A stretch of 46,377 nt of DNA from Nemertoderma westbladi (Eukaryota > Animalia > Xenacoelomorpha), in assembly GCA_032718475.1 (NCBI GenBank), contig JAUCBJ010008654.1, forward strand, positions 1 to 46,377. The letters run 5' to 3'. Numbering within the stretch: the stretch's first letter is position 1; each line of letters starts with the position of its first letter. The position numbers and the translations under genes are program-made. The notes below the pieces were generated by a model. That model was not told where the DNA came from. It worked only from the letters and a program-made list of their open reading frames with translations, and made no database searches. This document shows positions 13,504 through 26,528 of the stretch, in pieces.

Positions 13504-13723
13504 AGGGGGGGGGGGGGGGGGGGGGGACTTGACGTAAATAACAGATGATTACTCTCAAAAATAAAACTGTAATGTTCATTTATGTTTAATTTATTGTTTT
13601 GGTTAAAATGACGTGCCACTATAACCTGCTCCTTTCCCTAAATTGAGAATTTAACATTGAGGCGGGATATTAATTCGCCAAGGCGAGTTTTGCGTCCAGT
13701 CCCCCCCCCCCCCCCCCCCCCCT
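13504..13723. mobile_element. 220-bp MITE-like element with G22/C22 terminal inverted repeats
   Basis: A-G22-ACTTGACGTAAA (13504-13538) and TTTGCGTCCAGT-C22-T (13689-13723). Confidence 0.6.
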
Positions 13724-15283
13724 GTCTCGATAAATAATAATTACAGCATCATCAATTCACCCAAATATTCCGGCTCTGTTGACTGTTAGCACAGAGCCAG
13801 AGCCTGATATTATAATGTTTTCAGTTACTATCGCCCTCGAATTCAGACCCAGCTACTAGAAATAGGCCGCGCCGTGTAATCTGAATTTCATCAGTATACC
13901 GAACTCGTTCGAGGCTGAGTGTCGCTATTTAATAGCTACCTCTCGCCCTGTCACAGACCCAGCTACTAACTATAAAACTATAATTAGGACGCCTTCATAC
14001 AGAACACGTTGCCATTTCATAATGACTCTAAACTGAAGCTACACAAAGGAAAAGGTGAGAAATGATTATCTAATAATAACACACAAAATCCGATTATTAT
14101 ACATACTCCTCCTTTTAACAAAGCCGCATTCAACTAACTCCCTTATTACGTATTAGCCTGTGCTGTATCAATGCCTCAGTGGGTGGTCTTTACTACAACT
14201 GAAAGGCCCGACTCAGCTCCAGGTAAGTTAACAATCTGTCAATAATAAAATTGAAAGCAAGCCGACATTTAGTCAGAGCAACCAAATGGATGGCCAATGA
14301 GACGGGCTGTCTGGACTTGACTGAGTCGAGTTAAATCGCTTCGCCAAAACGACCAAGTAGCCCATAGGAATACACTACATTTTTTGGGTGATTTTGGTCA
14401 TTTTGGCCGCCAAAACGACCAAGTTAATGTTTATTGGGATTGGGACTGTATCAGTACAGACTTTAGATGTTTATAATCAAAACACTTCAAAAGGCAGTAT
14501 ACAGTAGAACAATATAAGGATACAGTCGGGGTCTCAAAGTGCATCTGTTCTTTGAGATTTTCTCAAAGTTTTTCTAAAAGTGTCTGAAAGTCATTACATT
14601 ACTCCCAACGGCCGCTTTGAATTCTTGTAGACACTTTTAGTTGGGAATCTCAAAGTGATTTCCTGCTTTTAGGCACTTTGAATTCTTTGAATTCTTTGAG
14701 AAATGTCACTTTGAGGTAGTTTGCGGCACTTTTAATTCTTTGGGAAAATAAACTCCGAGGTATTCCTGATTGACAGCTCGTGGTAAGTTAACTGAGAGGC
14801 AGAGGCATTCTCGGGGAACAATATTATGCGGGCAACAAAGTGATACTTGTGTGCTGGCCAGTTGTTGCATAGAAGCTATATTCCCATTAATTTTTCAAAT
14901 TGAGGTTCCTGAGGTCATTACGGGATGGGTTTTCGGTCGCAAGTACAAATTGAATTTACGGCACCCTAAAGTCTTTCTAAAAAACATTCATTCAAATAAT
15001 ACATGAAACATAATTAGGGAAACTAGATTAATGCTTGACAAGATTGATTATTTTAATAACATAATACAATATCAGGTTAACAATTAATATAAGAGAAACT
15101 GCACTGTAGTATCTCTGTGTATACGCAGTTTCATTATAATGACCTAAAGAAGCCCTGTTGGGAGAAAGCTTGTAATAACATTTGTTATTCATTTTATTAG
15201 TCGCCTCAGGTCAAACCGTACTACCTTAACTGTTTAATTAATATGATAACTATGTTGACGAGAGCGCGAGAATTCCTTCTTAA

Positions 15284-16400
15284 CCCTATTAAACCCGGGG
15301 GGGGGGTCAATATGACCCCCCCCGTGGTTTTTTTATTATAATTCTGAAACAAACGCAGTTGGGAATCTGAAATTTTATGACTTTTCCTAAAAATCTATTG
15401 TCTTCATGGTAGTGAAAACCGTTTTCAAAAATATTGGGTACTTTTCGAGTTATAGCACCATTTTTTAACCCTACTTTTGGCACTTTTTTTGAGACGTTTT
15501 TTGAAAATTACATTTCATTAAATATGAATTGTAACATCTCTATTTTTGATTTACACCGGTTTTTTGGTGTTAGAAATTGGATGGAATTCATATAAATTGA
15601 TTTAGAAATTTCAAACTTGTTTTTTTCGATGGGTGCCAAATTTTGGTGCCAGCACCAAATTTTGAAATATGTCAATTTTGTAAATTGATTGTTTGAAACT
15701 TGTTTTGTTTTTTACGCAATTGGGGTTTTTTGGGGTTTTGGATTCGATGAAATATATACGAGTTGCACCAAGCGTATCAAACTTGTATTTTTCGGTGCTG
15801 TATGCAAATTGTGGTGCTAGCACGAAATTTTGAAAATCCATTCAATATATAAAATTGCTTGTGACAATTTATTTCTTGCGTTTTAGAGGTTTTTGGCTGT
15901 TCTGAATTCAATGGAAAATATAATTATCGAACTAGACATCTCAAACTTGTATTTTTTGGATGTGGGTGCAAAATGTGGTGCTAGCACCAAATTTTGAAAA
16001 CCATCAAATATATCAATTGATTGTGTCACCTTGTTTCTTGCGTTATACGGGTTTGTGATGGTTCTGAATTCAATGGACTCAGTAAAAATTTCATAAGAGT
16101 TCTCAAACTTGTATTTTTCGCCGGTGGGTGAAAATTGTTGTGCCAGCACCAAATTTTGGAAAATATGCAAATTGATAAGTAGATAGTATCACCTTGTTTC
16201 TTGCGTTATACGGGTTTATGAGGGTCCTGAATCCGATGGAATCAATAAAAACAGCAATGGACATCGCAAACTTGTACTTTTTGTTGATGGGTACGACATT
16301 TGGTGCTAGCACCAAAATTTGCCAAATGACGCCGAAAAATACAAGAAGCAATGATCTGGCATATTAGAAATGTATTCCATTAGAATCAGCGCCCTCGAAA
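15284..16400 (+). mobile_element. piggyBac-like left end with an internal ~164-bp tandem repeat
   Basis: TTAA|CCCT start and GGGGGGGTCAATATGACCCCCCC subterminal palindrome. About five units TCAAACTTGTATTTT..GGTGCTAGCACCAAATTTT at ~15611, 15777, 15941, 16103 and 16266. Confidence 0.55.
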
Positions 16401-16738
16401 ACCTGAAAATCTGAATTTATAGCATGGTATAAGTGAATTAAAAATTTTGTGTTCTAACTGAAAAGTGCTGGTTACTGGATAGTTCTTTTTACAGAACACA
16501 GCAGAACACAGTAGAACACAGCAGAACACAATAGAATACAGGCGGAACATAGGCGAACACAGCTGTAATTAAAATCTACACCAAAAAATAACACACTTGG
16601 GAAAGTACCGGACTTAATCATACAACTGTAAGATGTCAATTACATATTTAAATTAAATGGCGGTTTTCCATATCCTCCAAAATAAATTACCTGATCAGAG
16701 TTGCCCGATCAGCTGTTCGGTTAGGCCTGTACCTGTTA

Positions 16739-17338
16739 CTAGTCCAGCAGTCTGCTGGATGCTAACTGCTTAATAAGTCCAGTTAGTTCTTCATAAAACT
16801 TGACTGCTTGTTCTGGCTCTGATGCATTGGTTGGACTGTAGCAACATATAACTGTTGTCTTGGGATTCCCATCAAATGTTGCGATCATAACCCTGGAATT
16901 TATAGATTCGATGTTGTTTAGGGTCTTAAGTGCAAATGGGCTTAGCAGAATTCCTACTCCACCAATTGATGCATTGGCCGAGTTTCTTACTGCTGAGCTT
17001 GTTATCAACGTCCATCCATTTCCAATGTCATTGTACTTCATGGCAGTGTCTTCATGACAAATCCGATGTTCTTGGATGCAGATGATGTCGATGTTATATT
17101 CCATTGCCAGAGCGACCATGTCACCCTGTTTGCTCTGTGCTTTCAGCGTGCGTGCGTTCATTGTAGCAATCTTTAGTGTCTTTTTGCATTTCAACAGGTT
17201 GGTTCTTCTTTCTTCTCTGTCTTCTGTTCCAGTAGCCAATTTATCGACCCCAGCCTGGTGTACCACTGAGGGACGCGGTCCTTGTTGACCCGGGCGACGA
17301 CCGAGCCGGTATTTCTCCTGGAGGGTTCTCATACTCAT
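16739..17338 (-). pseudogene. RTE-like LINE, N-terminal AP-endonuclease domain, 3'-truncated
   Basis: LKIATMNARTL, DIICIQEHR, GGVGILLS and TTVICCYSPTN..FYEEL APE motifs. A GC-richer 5' UTR extends to ~17740. Confidence 0.85.
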
Positions 17339-18124
17339 ATCTTTCAGTTGCGGGAGTAAACCGCTTGTGGTCGCAACTCCTACAAGCGTCTTCGCAGTAG
17401 GTCGCCGTTGGTTGATTACCTTCCGCCAACCTTGTCAGCATGTCTAGCCGTTGGTTGATTACCTTCCGCCTATCCATGGCCTACAGCCCTGCTGCCGACT
17501 GTAGGGGTCCATTTGTTACACCCTGAACCAAGTGTGCCTCCTGGGTTAGGTTACCTAACACTGGTAGAGGAGCATCCAGTATAGACAGGGCGGGGCTTGT
17601 ATCATCTCTAATGCAGATGCGTATCAAGCCTTTGCCTTCAATGGTGCCCTAGGCGCTATAGCCCTCAATGACTTATTTAGTTGACGGGGCTGAACCAACC
17701 CACTCTTGATCAACTAAATAATGAATAGGCTATGCTTATCGGGCCTGCCCTACTGGGCTGACAGCTACAGGTAGTACCACATTACTGTAATAGTGGTAGC
17801 AGGCAGGATCTGGGGACCTGACATGACCTTTCTCGTATTAATATTACAAAATTAATTAAATATTGCGTAGGGTCGCCCCAACCAAGCGTACTTAATTATA
17901 AAAATCATTAATTCATTTACGATAATAATATATAACAAATATTTCTCTCCTCATGCAAAATAATATATCCAATTGTATACATACTTTAGGAAATTAGACG
18001 AATTTATTTTATCTAAAAATAAAATACTAATATAATATTCCCATATAAATTCAACTCTTAGTATACAGTATGCAGTACAGCAGTACCTGATTTGAGGCTA
18101 TAATTTTTTATTCATTCTTATATC

Positions 18125-20150
18125 TGTTACAGTAAATATATTCGCCAGTCTAAAATGGCTGCATCGTAAGAATTGACGTCTCAGATGGTTCGGTCTCAGC
18201 TGGATGCTGCATGCTGGGATGATTGACATACCTGGACACCGCAACTCCCGAATCTAAAGTACCGATAATGGCGGAGTGAAGTAACAATCGGCGGTTTCCT
18301 GGACGGCCGACGAATGGGATCGTGCGTAAGAGGGACATAATGACATAATGCAGTACCAGTAACAGGGTAATGGTAATATACATCCGATACCGATAGTCTA
18401 AAGGGAAGTCTAAAGGGGCAGCGGGAAATTATGCTGACACTAGATTAAGATGGGAAGGAAGCACCTTTTGTAGTGTCGAAACTGAGAGGCTGTTTTAACT
18501 GTCCTGCGGTAGCAACGCAGAGTCCCCCTTTGTGTTGTTACCAAAGGCAGTTGTAGGGAAGTCATACAGACAAGAGGTAAAACTTATTACCTACTAGCAG
18601 ACTAGGTTGCACTAGCACAGGCTAGGAGCCTATAGCACGTATATATAGAACAGTAGGCCTAGACCCGCATTGGCACTGGTTATGTTTTTATTAGTTTTAT
18701 TTAACACTATTTTCTAGAATATATTTCTGGTGTTTGTTTGCCTTAATTTGGACCTATTTTCTGCTATAAAAATTATATTGTTTCTGCTTAGATCACGCCC
18801 TACCAAAATTACCATTCGATTATTATCCAGTAAATTTTTAGCTAGACTCGTGTCTATTTATTTATAAAATTAAAATATTAGCGCTGAGTTTAGGATTTCC
18901 TTTGTGTTATTAGAATCTCTAATCTCATCCGTTTGTTTCAAATCTTAGACGCTAGCCGACTGGTAAGTGAGTAGTTAAAATTGGTAGAAAGTGACAGTGC
19001 TTGTTTGTTGCTTATGAAATTTCCCTAAACTGTCTCTGCGTCCTTTCGGAAATTGCCGTTTACACAAAGGGTTTTTGATTTACTGTTAAGCCTTCACCCT
19101 AGTTAGTTCTTCACCAGTCAGTGGGAACAATCTAGTGCTTTATCCGGTATTTGACGGGGTCCGGAATTGGTTTCGCTACCATTATATATTTCGGGACATA
19201 TTAGTTAGATTTATTTTTTATCTATTCGAGTTTTGGCTCCGAAATTCCGCTTTTGGTTTGTTTAGCCCTTTTTGCCTGTGTTTATGAACACATCATTAAA
19301 CAATTATCTAACGGAAAGTTATTATTTAGATTATCTAACGGAAACTTATTAGTTAGATTATCTAATGGAAACTTATTAGTTAGATTATCTAACGGAAACT
19401 TATTAGTTGGAATATCTAACTGAAACTTATTAGTTAGATTATCTAACGGAAACTTATTAGTTGGAATATCTAACTGAAACTTATTAGTTAGATTATACAC
19501 ACTTAGATTGTGTATTAACTGCATATATTAACATATTAACTGTATATAATTAGATAAGGTAAATAAAATCTATAGGTTCGTTTTATATTCATTTAATTTT
19601 ATACAGTATGTAACTTTAATTACGTATATTTTATAATAAAACCGCTGTGTATTGATTTACGGTGGCAAAAATGTATAAACCAAATATATGAATTTGCCGT
19701 TATGTAATATCCATTAAATCTACTGAATAATTGTGCTAATTTCGCATATGTTACTATATTAATCAATATTTGTGCTAAATTTACGTTTAAATTGCGCTTT
19801 TAATAATTGCCAAATTAATTTAGTGTGATTATGCGTTTCTGCTCGCTGGTTGGTCAAGAGTCCAGCTGGGAGAACCCTGTATCTGACCGATCATGTGCGA
19901 AGAATAGAAATTGTGTCATTCTTGTTTAGTTTTGTATTAGCCATCTTGAATTTGCACTTCCGTTTGGACTGTAAATTTGCTGCTTTTCTGCTAAAAATGT
20001 TACTTTGCAATTGGATTACTGCTTGGTCTGATTCTTGATTTTTTTCTGATTGTAATTATAATCACTACAATGTAATAAATCTCAACCAATTCTTTGTTTC
20101 TTCGACGACTGTCTCACTGTTTAATGTTTTATTACGCCGTTACGGTAACA
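18125..20150 (+). mobile_element. Putative ~2-kb LTR of an unrelated family
   Basis: TGTTAC...GTAACA termini and AATAAA near 20074. A related fragment occurs at 44535-44869. No TSD or PBS seen. Confidence 0.4.
19303..19496. repeat. 27-bp minisatellite (~7 copies, TTATCTAACGGAAACTTATTAGTTAGA)
   Basis: Directly visible. Confidence 0.9.
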
Positions 20151-22769
20151 GCCCAATTTAGCATGCAGGGCTAAAGGTAAGCGTAGCGGGCGCACTGTTC
20201 AGTAGCGGAGGCGGAGCGAGTTAGAGGATCCAATGTACGGCAGTACAGGCAAGGCTAGTGACTGTGGGTCGGACTGATGGAAGTCTAGGACCAGGGACCG
20301 GTCATCATTAAGGTGGTGAGGGCAAAGCAATCCAGACTTTGACTCTCCATATTTTAGTTAGTTTGATATTGGGACAAATAATATTGATCCTTGGGTGACC
20401 TTGGGTAATTACGCTATCGCTACAAATGTGGCTATCGCTACACACTATTGCTACGCTGTTATTATTGTTGTGTTGTTTAGGAAGTGTCTGATTCTTGACT
20501 AATGTTTCACATAGACTCTATTTCTTGATTGTTTTCTATTTCTAAATTAAATGCTTGCTTGAATTGCGGTTAGGTCAAATAATACGGTATTTAGGCTGAC
20601 TCTAGTGTAGCCCAGTAGCTTAATTAGTTAGCATTGCAATTCTGGAATACATTAATTTTAGATAGTTTGCAACTCCGTACGTTTGAGTAAATGTAGTTTA
20701 TGCTAGTATTTAGAACAAATAAGGATTCGTACGCTGCACAACGGAGAATAGTTGAGTTATTTACGTTTAGGAAATATTTAAGCTAATTTACGCTAGGCAG
20801 TTATCTAACAGTAGCGGGTTCGCAAGTCGTACAGTAGTTACAAGTGTAGCGAAGCAGTAAAATAGCTGATTACAGTCAGCACCAAGATCACAGGAGTTTA
20901 GGTAAACGGGTTTTCCCCTCATTTGCAACATTAAATATATCCTCACAACCAACATTTGACCGCGTGACGAACTGCTTTCTTTCTCTGCGAGAAGTGAACA
21001 GAATGGAGTGTTGAGTCACCGTCACTCGTATTAGTTGCCTGGGAAGCCAAATCGGATTTATTGTTTTGGTTATTTCTGTTTCGGCTTATATTTAGAGTGA
21101 TTAGCTTGGTAAGTTATAGTTTGATTAAACCTACTGTATTTGCTTCATTCGAAAATACAAACATATCAAAAGAAAGGAACCCCTTTGTGATTTCTTTACA
21201 CAAGGGTTCAGAAAATTTTGAGGTTTCGACTGACATTGCATTAAGAAACAACCGTTTCAATAAATGATAACTTTAATAAACAATAAATGATCACTTTACT
21301 AATTGAGGGAAACCATTTAGTCAGACAGTCGTTTTAAGTGTTTTAAGCTGGTAAGGGACAGTCCCCAAAGTAACCTCAACCACAACCTGTTGTCAGGTTG
21401 TGTTTATACACCTGTAGGCTATGGTACACCAATGCTGGTGAACCGGTACTGTACAATAAATAACAGTTGACAGTAACAGAGTAATACTGCAGTTGTTAAA
21501 AATTCAGTGCCCCTGAAACCGGAAAGAGCCTAAATCACCATGGAACTTGAACTTGAACCTGTACAGTACGGTTGATAAAGAGGAGCAGAGGCCTGGGGGC
21601 GTCAGGGTGGCTGTTGCTGGTAGACTAGGCCCTAGTCCCCGCCCCCGCTATGATGGCTGTTTAGCGTTACTCACGAGTAAGGCACTTTAGAATAACCAGA
21701 AACGCGATGTTTGCTGTTTATACAGTATGCAGTAAAACCTGTTGTCTGATAGCAGACAGCTCTGTAGGTTGATGTACCTTGGAGATCATAGATTGCCATT
21801 ATATCCTGATTGACGACCGTGCATCACATTACTGCAAGTTGACACATAAATTACATCTATAGGCCTACATTAATATATGGGACCAGGACTACACCTACAG
21901 ACCTACCTTACATTCACCCTACACGTGCATCTACATTCTACATGTAGGCTACACCTACCTACTGTACAGGTAGCCTCTATATAGGCTATACCTCTATACA
22001 CAAAAGATATACCCCACCCCATTTTCACTCACATTTACTGTATTATGGGTAAGCACTGTCAGACTGTTGCATATACCTATGGCTGCAATGGTAGAGTAGT
22101 CCTTGGTATGTACTGATGTACTATAAAGCTGAAAACCCTGGAAAATGCATGGGAACAGGGTATTAGTACGTTTGAACGACACTAGCCAAACCATACTGAT
22201 AATTATACTCAGATAATTAAGGGCTGAATTGTCGTTCAAACGTACTAATACCTGGAAACATTTACAGCTAGAATAAACACCGAGTTTGATAAAGGCCGGA
22301 AACATCTCGAAACACTTTGCTATTTTTTTTAGCGAAAATTCAAAAGAAAACGACATAATTAACTACCGTTGCCGTAACGTTCGTTGCCAGGAGTTTTAAA
22401 CTTAAGGAGTTTTAAATTTCAGAATTGATAAAAATTTAGCCAGTACGGTACTTCAGTAGAATGCACTGCGTGTACCGGTACTACTGTACTAGACTAGACT
22501 ACTCATATTCTGATATTAACGATTCCGACTAACTGAAGGCTTCACGATGAATACGATGTGGCGGCGAAAAATGCTCGGTTGAACATTAATATGGCAGGTG
22601 CACATGGAGTAAAAGTAAACCCGAGAACAAAGTAGCCGAGTCCAAATAAACCCGGAATGGAAGACTGATGTCCAATAAACTCAGAATGAAGACGACGAAG
22701 TCCAAACTTGGTTTTGTTGTTTAGTCTCATTGTGGTTTCCATCTAACGGAGCATTTATCGCCTTGAATG

Positions 22770-23409
22770 CGGTCCTACGAATTACCCAAAAAAACATAAA
22801 ATTACCCAAAAATGCACAAAAAAACACAAAAAGCACAAAAATTTACCCCAAAAAAACACAAAAAAACACAATATTACCCAAACAACTTACCCAAAATGAC
22901 AAAAATAATTTATATCCTATAGCTGTATACTGGTATAGGGTTGGAAAAATAAGACTGTAACCTCTGTTCTTTGGTTATCGTTTATTGTTTTGGTTAGAAC
23001 TGCTACTGTAACCTGCTCCTTCAGTCCTTTCCATTAGGCCTAATTAAGAAATCTGATTTTGTATGCTGTCTGGCAGTCTGGGTGGGTAGGCTTACCGGTA
23101 AACCGGTGGCAGTAGGTCATTAAAGGAATCTTCAAATGAACAAAATGTAATATTTTAAAAAAGTGAAAATTGAAAACTGAAAAGTGAAACTCTTCTTACA
23201 ATTAACCTAAATCTTATTGCATATTGTAGATACATTGTTTATGAAAAACATTTTTTTTTGTCTTTTTGGGTTGTTTTTTTTGGGTAATATTGTGTTTGTG
23301 TTTTTTTGTGTTTTTTTGTATTATTTTTTTTATTTTTTTTGTGTTTTTTTTGTGCATTTTTGTGTTTTTTTGGGTAATATTGTGTTTTTTTGGGTAATTC
23401 GTAGGACCC
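22770..23409. mobile_element. Mutator/Foldback-like MITE
   Basis: Long A-rich TIRs GGTCCTACGAATTACCCAAAAAAAC.. and 9-bp TSD CCTTGAATG (22761-69 and 23410-18). Confidence 0.88.
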
Positions 23410-24512
23410 CCTTGAATGCCACACCTACTCATCGTCAAGCTTGCAGTTTCAGAGTTCAGTCGGTATCATTTAAAGTCTAGTTTAATACCGGTACGGTTTT
23501 GTTCCACACTCCTACACACTGGTTGAATTGTTATCATTCTGCAATTTATAAAACCCGCTCGGGTTAACATAGCAACGGAAATATTTAAATAATCATGATG
23601 TTTAATTTCGTATTTTCGTCGTTAAAAAATTGTCGAACTAGGCCTATTGTTTTCTGCCTCAATGTTTATAAATCTAGGTGTTTCTATATGTAATACATGT
23701 TCCAGTCTATGACCCCGTAAGTGTTTTTTATACGACTGAGCTACACCATATAGATGTTTAGTACTGATATCGGACATTATAAACAAATTGGGTAGACTTC
23801 ACCAAACGGTTGAGCTGGTTTTTTAGAGGGTCTTAAACATAGCAATGGAGGAAACTGCCATAGCACAGCTCTTATAGTATATCTGTAGATATGATTAGTT
23901 AAAATTTATTGAAGATTACTATTTTTGATATGATGAAGTTAATGGCATATTTAGTTTTTTGAAAATACCATAGCAACCAAGTGAAAACGACCTTCAAAGT
24001 TAGCAGTATTGACAATGTCTGTAGCGACTAGCTTTACAGGTTACAGTTTCATAATCAGCTACGCGAACTTGAGTTTTTGGTTAAGTATTAGGTACCGGTA
24101 ATTAATCACTTAAGTTCAAACGCGGGCGAAGTTTGCTACATAGGAACTTTCGTAGTTTCATACAACCGCGACCGTACGTAGCACACTCTGTCTCTTTAAT
24201 TGAATCGCCAATAACATATTTAATAAATCACCTAAACCTTTACTCTCGAATCGTACTGGTACTGTAGGTACTGCTGGTACTGTAGTAGTGATAGTTTTCT
24301 TTTGGTTCCATTTGCTTGTCACTGTCACTATAACCTGCTCCATTCCGTTACAGGTTACAGCGACATGAAGTTTTGAACGCCCTTATATACTGATATAATT
24401 TATTTATTATATTTACATCGCATGAAATTTATATTAGTGAAAAGCTTGACATACCTAAAACTACTGCCACCTGTATTTAATTTATTGATTAATATTTATT
24501 GAAGATTTGATA

Positions 24513-26528
24513 ATGGATCAACATACTATTTTATTGAAAGAGAAATCATCTGGCGCCGATATAGTTATAAAGAAAGAACTAACAGACTTTATAATTATAA
24601 AGAAAGAACCAACAGACTCCACCCCCTATTATAGTGATGTTAATCAAGGGAAGTGCGTTTACGGATCATCTCCCATCGAAGATCACAACAATTTGTTCGG
24701 TGCAGTAGATGTTGTCCCTGTACTAGATGACGAAGATATTTCTTATGAACAATCTGGAGATTATTTTATTGTTGAAAAACGGGAAAACGACAGCCCAGGC
24801 TGTTCTTATCGTAGGCCCATTGGAACTGAAGGTACAGAACCAACAATCAGTTGTGCAACAACAGAGTCAGGTAGTTCTAATGAAACTGTTGGGGAGTTGG
24901 TATCTTCTTCAGACACCAGTTCCTGTTTGCATTGCAATGAATTATTTAATGACAAAGCAAATTTAGAGAGACATATAGAATCCGTTCATAAAGACGTCAA
25001 GAATAAGTATAAATGCGATTATTGTGAGAAATTGTTTACACGCAAAAATTATGTAAAGAAGCATGTTGACGCTACCCATAAAGGTATCAAACATAAGTGC
25101 GTTTATTGTAATAAAGAATTCAGCCAGCAAAGGAGTATAAACACCCATGTGAACTACTTTCATAAAGATATCAAGTACAACTGTTTCGATTGTGGAAAAT
25201 CATTTGCTACAAAAGCCGTACTAAAACAACATATCGACTCTATACATCAAGATATTAAATATAAGTGCGGTTATTGTAATAAAGAATTCAGCCAGCAAAG
25301 GAGTATAAACACCCATGTGAACTACTTTCATAAAGATATCAAGTACAACTGTTTCGATTGTGGAAAATCATTTGCTACAAAAGCCGTACTAAAACAACAT
25401 ATCGACTCTATACATCAAGATATTAAATATAAGTGCGGTTATTGTAATAAAGAATTCCGTTACAAACACGACCTAAAACGGCATTTCGACTCTGTACATA
25501 AAGAAATCAAATATAACTGCGGTTATTGTCATAAAGAATTCAGTTATCAAGGCAGTCTAAACACCCACATTAACTTTGCGCACAAAGGTATCATCAAGTA
25601 TAGCTGCTCCGATTGTGGAAAATCATTTGCTACAAAAGCCGAACTAAAACAACATGTCGACTCTATACATAAAGATATCAAACATAACTGCGGTTATTGT
25701 AATAAAGAATTCAGACAGCAAAGGAATCTAAACACTCACATAAACTTTGCCCACAAAGGTATCATCAAGTATAGCTGCTCCGATTGTGGAAAATCATTTG
25801 CTAAAAAAGATAAACTAAAACTACATGTCGATTCTATACATAAAGATATCAAACATAACTGCGGTTATTGTCATAAAGAATTCAGTTATCAAGGCAGTCT
25901 AAACACCCACATTAACTTTGCCCACAAAGGTATCATCAAGTATAGCTGCTCCGATTGTGGAAAATCATTTGCTACAAAAGCCGAACTAAAACAACATGTC
26001 GACTCTATACATAAAGATATCAAACATAACTGCGGTTATTGTAATAAAGAATTCAGACAGCAAAGGAATCTAAACACTCACATAAACTTTGCCCACAAAG
26101 GTATCATCAAGTATAGCTGCTCCGATTGTGGAAAATCATTTGCTAAAAAAGATAAACTAAAACAACATATCGACTCTATACATCAAGATATTAAATATAA
26201 GTGCGGTTATTGTAATAAAGAATTCAGCCAGCAAAGGAGTATAAACACCCATGTGAACTACTTTCATAAAGATATCAAGTACAACTGTTCTGATTGTGGA
26301 AAATCATTTGCTACAAAAGCCGTACTAAAACAACATATCGACTCTATACATCAAGATATTAAATATAAGTGCGTTTATTGTAATAAAGAATTCCGTTTCA
26401 AACACAACCTAAAAAGGCATGTCGACTCTACCCATAAACATATCAAACATAAATGCGGTTATTGTAATAAAGAATTCAGTCGGCAAAGGAATCTAAACAC
26501 CCATATAAATTCTGTTCATAAATCTTAA
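24513..26528 (+). CDS. Tandem C2H2 zinc-finger protein, 19 fingers (CX2C..HX4H, KDIKY-type linkers), acidic N-terminus
   Basis: Intact 671-codon ORF from ATG 24513. An upstream exon is possible via the acceptor-like AG at ~24504. Confidence 0.93.
   Translation: MDQHTILLKEKSSGADIVIKKELTDFIIIKKEPTDSTPYYSDVNQGKCVYGSSPIEDHNNLFGAVDVVPVLDDEDISYEQSGDYFIVEKRENDSPGCSYRRPIGTEGTEPTISCATTESGSSNETVGELVSSSDTSSCLHCNELFNDKANLERHIESVHKDVKNKYKCDYCEKLFTRKNYVKKHVDATHKGIKHKCVYCNKEFSQQRSINTHVNYFHKDIKYNCFDCGKSFATKAVLKQHIDSIHQDIKYKCGYCNKEFSQQRSINTHVNYFHKDIKYNCFDCGKSFATKAVLKQHIDSIHQDIKYKCGYCNKEFRYKHDLKRHFDSVHKEIKYNCGYCHKEFSYQGSLNTHINFAHKGIIKYSCSDCGKSFATKAELKQHVDSIHKDIKHNCGYCNKEFRQQRNLNTHINFAHKGIIKYSCSDCGKSFAKKDKLKLHVDSIHKDIKHNCGYCHKEFSYQGSLNTHINFAHKGIIKYSCSDCGKSFATKAELKQHVDSIHKDIKHNCGYCNKEFRQQRNLNTHINFAHKGIIKYSCSDCGKSFAKKDKLKQHIDSIHQDIKYKCGYCNKEFSQQRSINTHVNYFHKDIKYNCSDCGKSFATKAVLKQHIDSIHQDIKYKCVYCNKEFRFKHNLKRHVDSTHKHIKHKCGYCNKEFSRQRNLNTHINSVHKS

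Larger units (their letters stand above)
11886..14448. mobile_element. Non-autonomous Tc1/mariner-like DNA transposon with nested inserts
   Basis: ~55-bp TIRs CAGTCCCAATCCCAATAAACATTAACTTGGTC.. at both ends, flanked by TA (11884-85 and 14449-50). Confidence 0.85.

Noticed and set aside
20151-21330. Further LTR-like segments or self-priming site after 20150 and 20930
   Set aside because: No convincing termini, TSD or complementary site of 11 nt or more.
22730-23480. Lys-rich and Phe-rich ORFs
   Set aside because: Translations of A/T-rich MITE TIRs.
19932-24640. Intron explaining the LTR-ZNF junction at 44868
   Set aside because: No register of the GTT overlap gives GT...AG ends.
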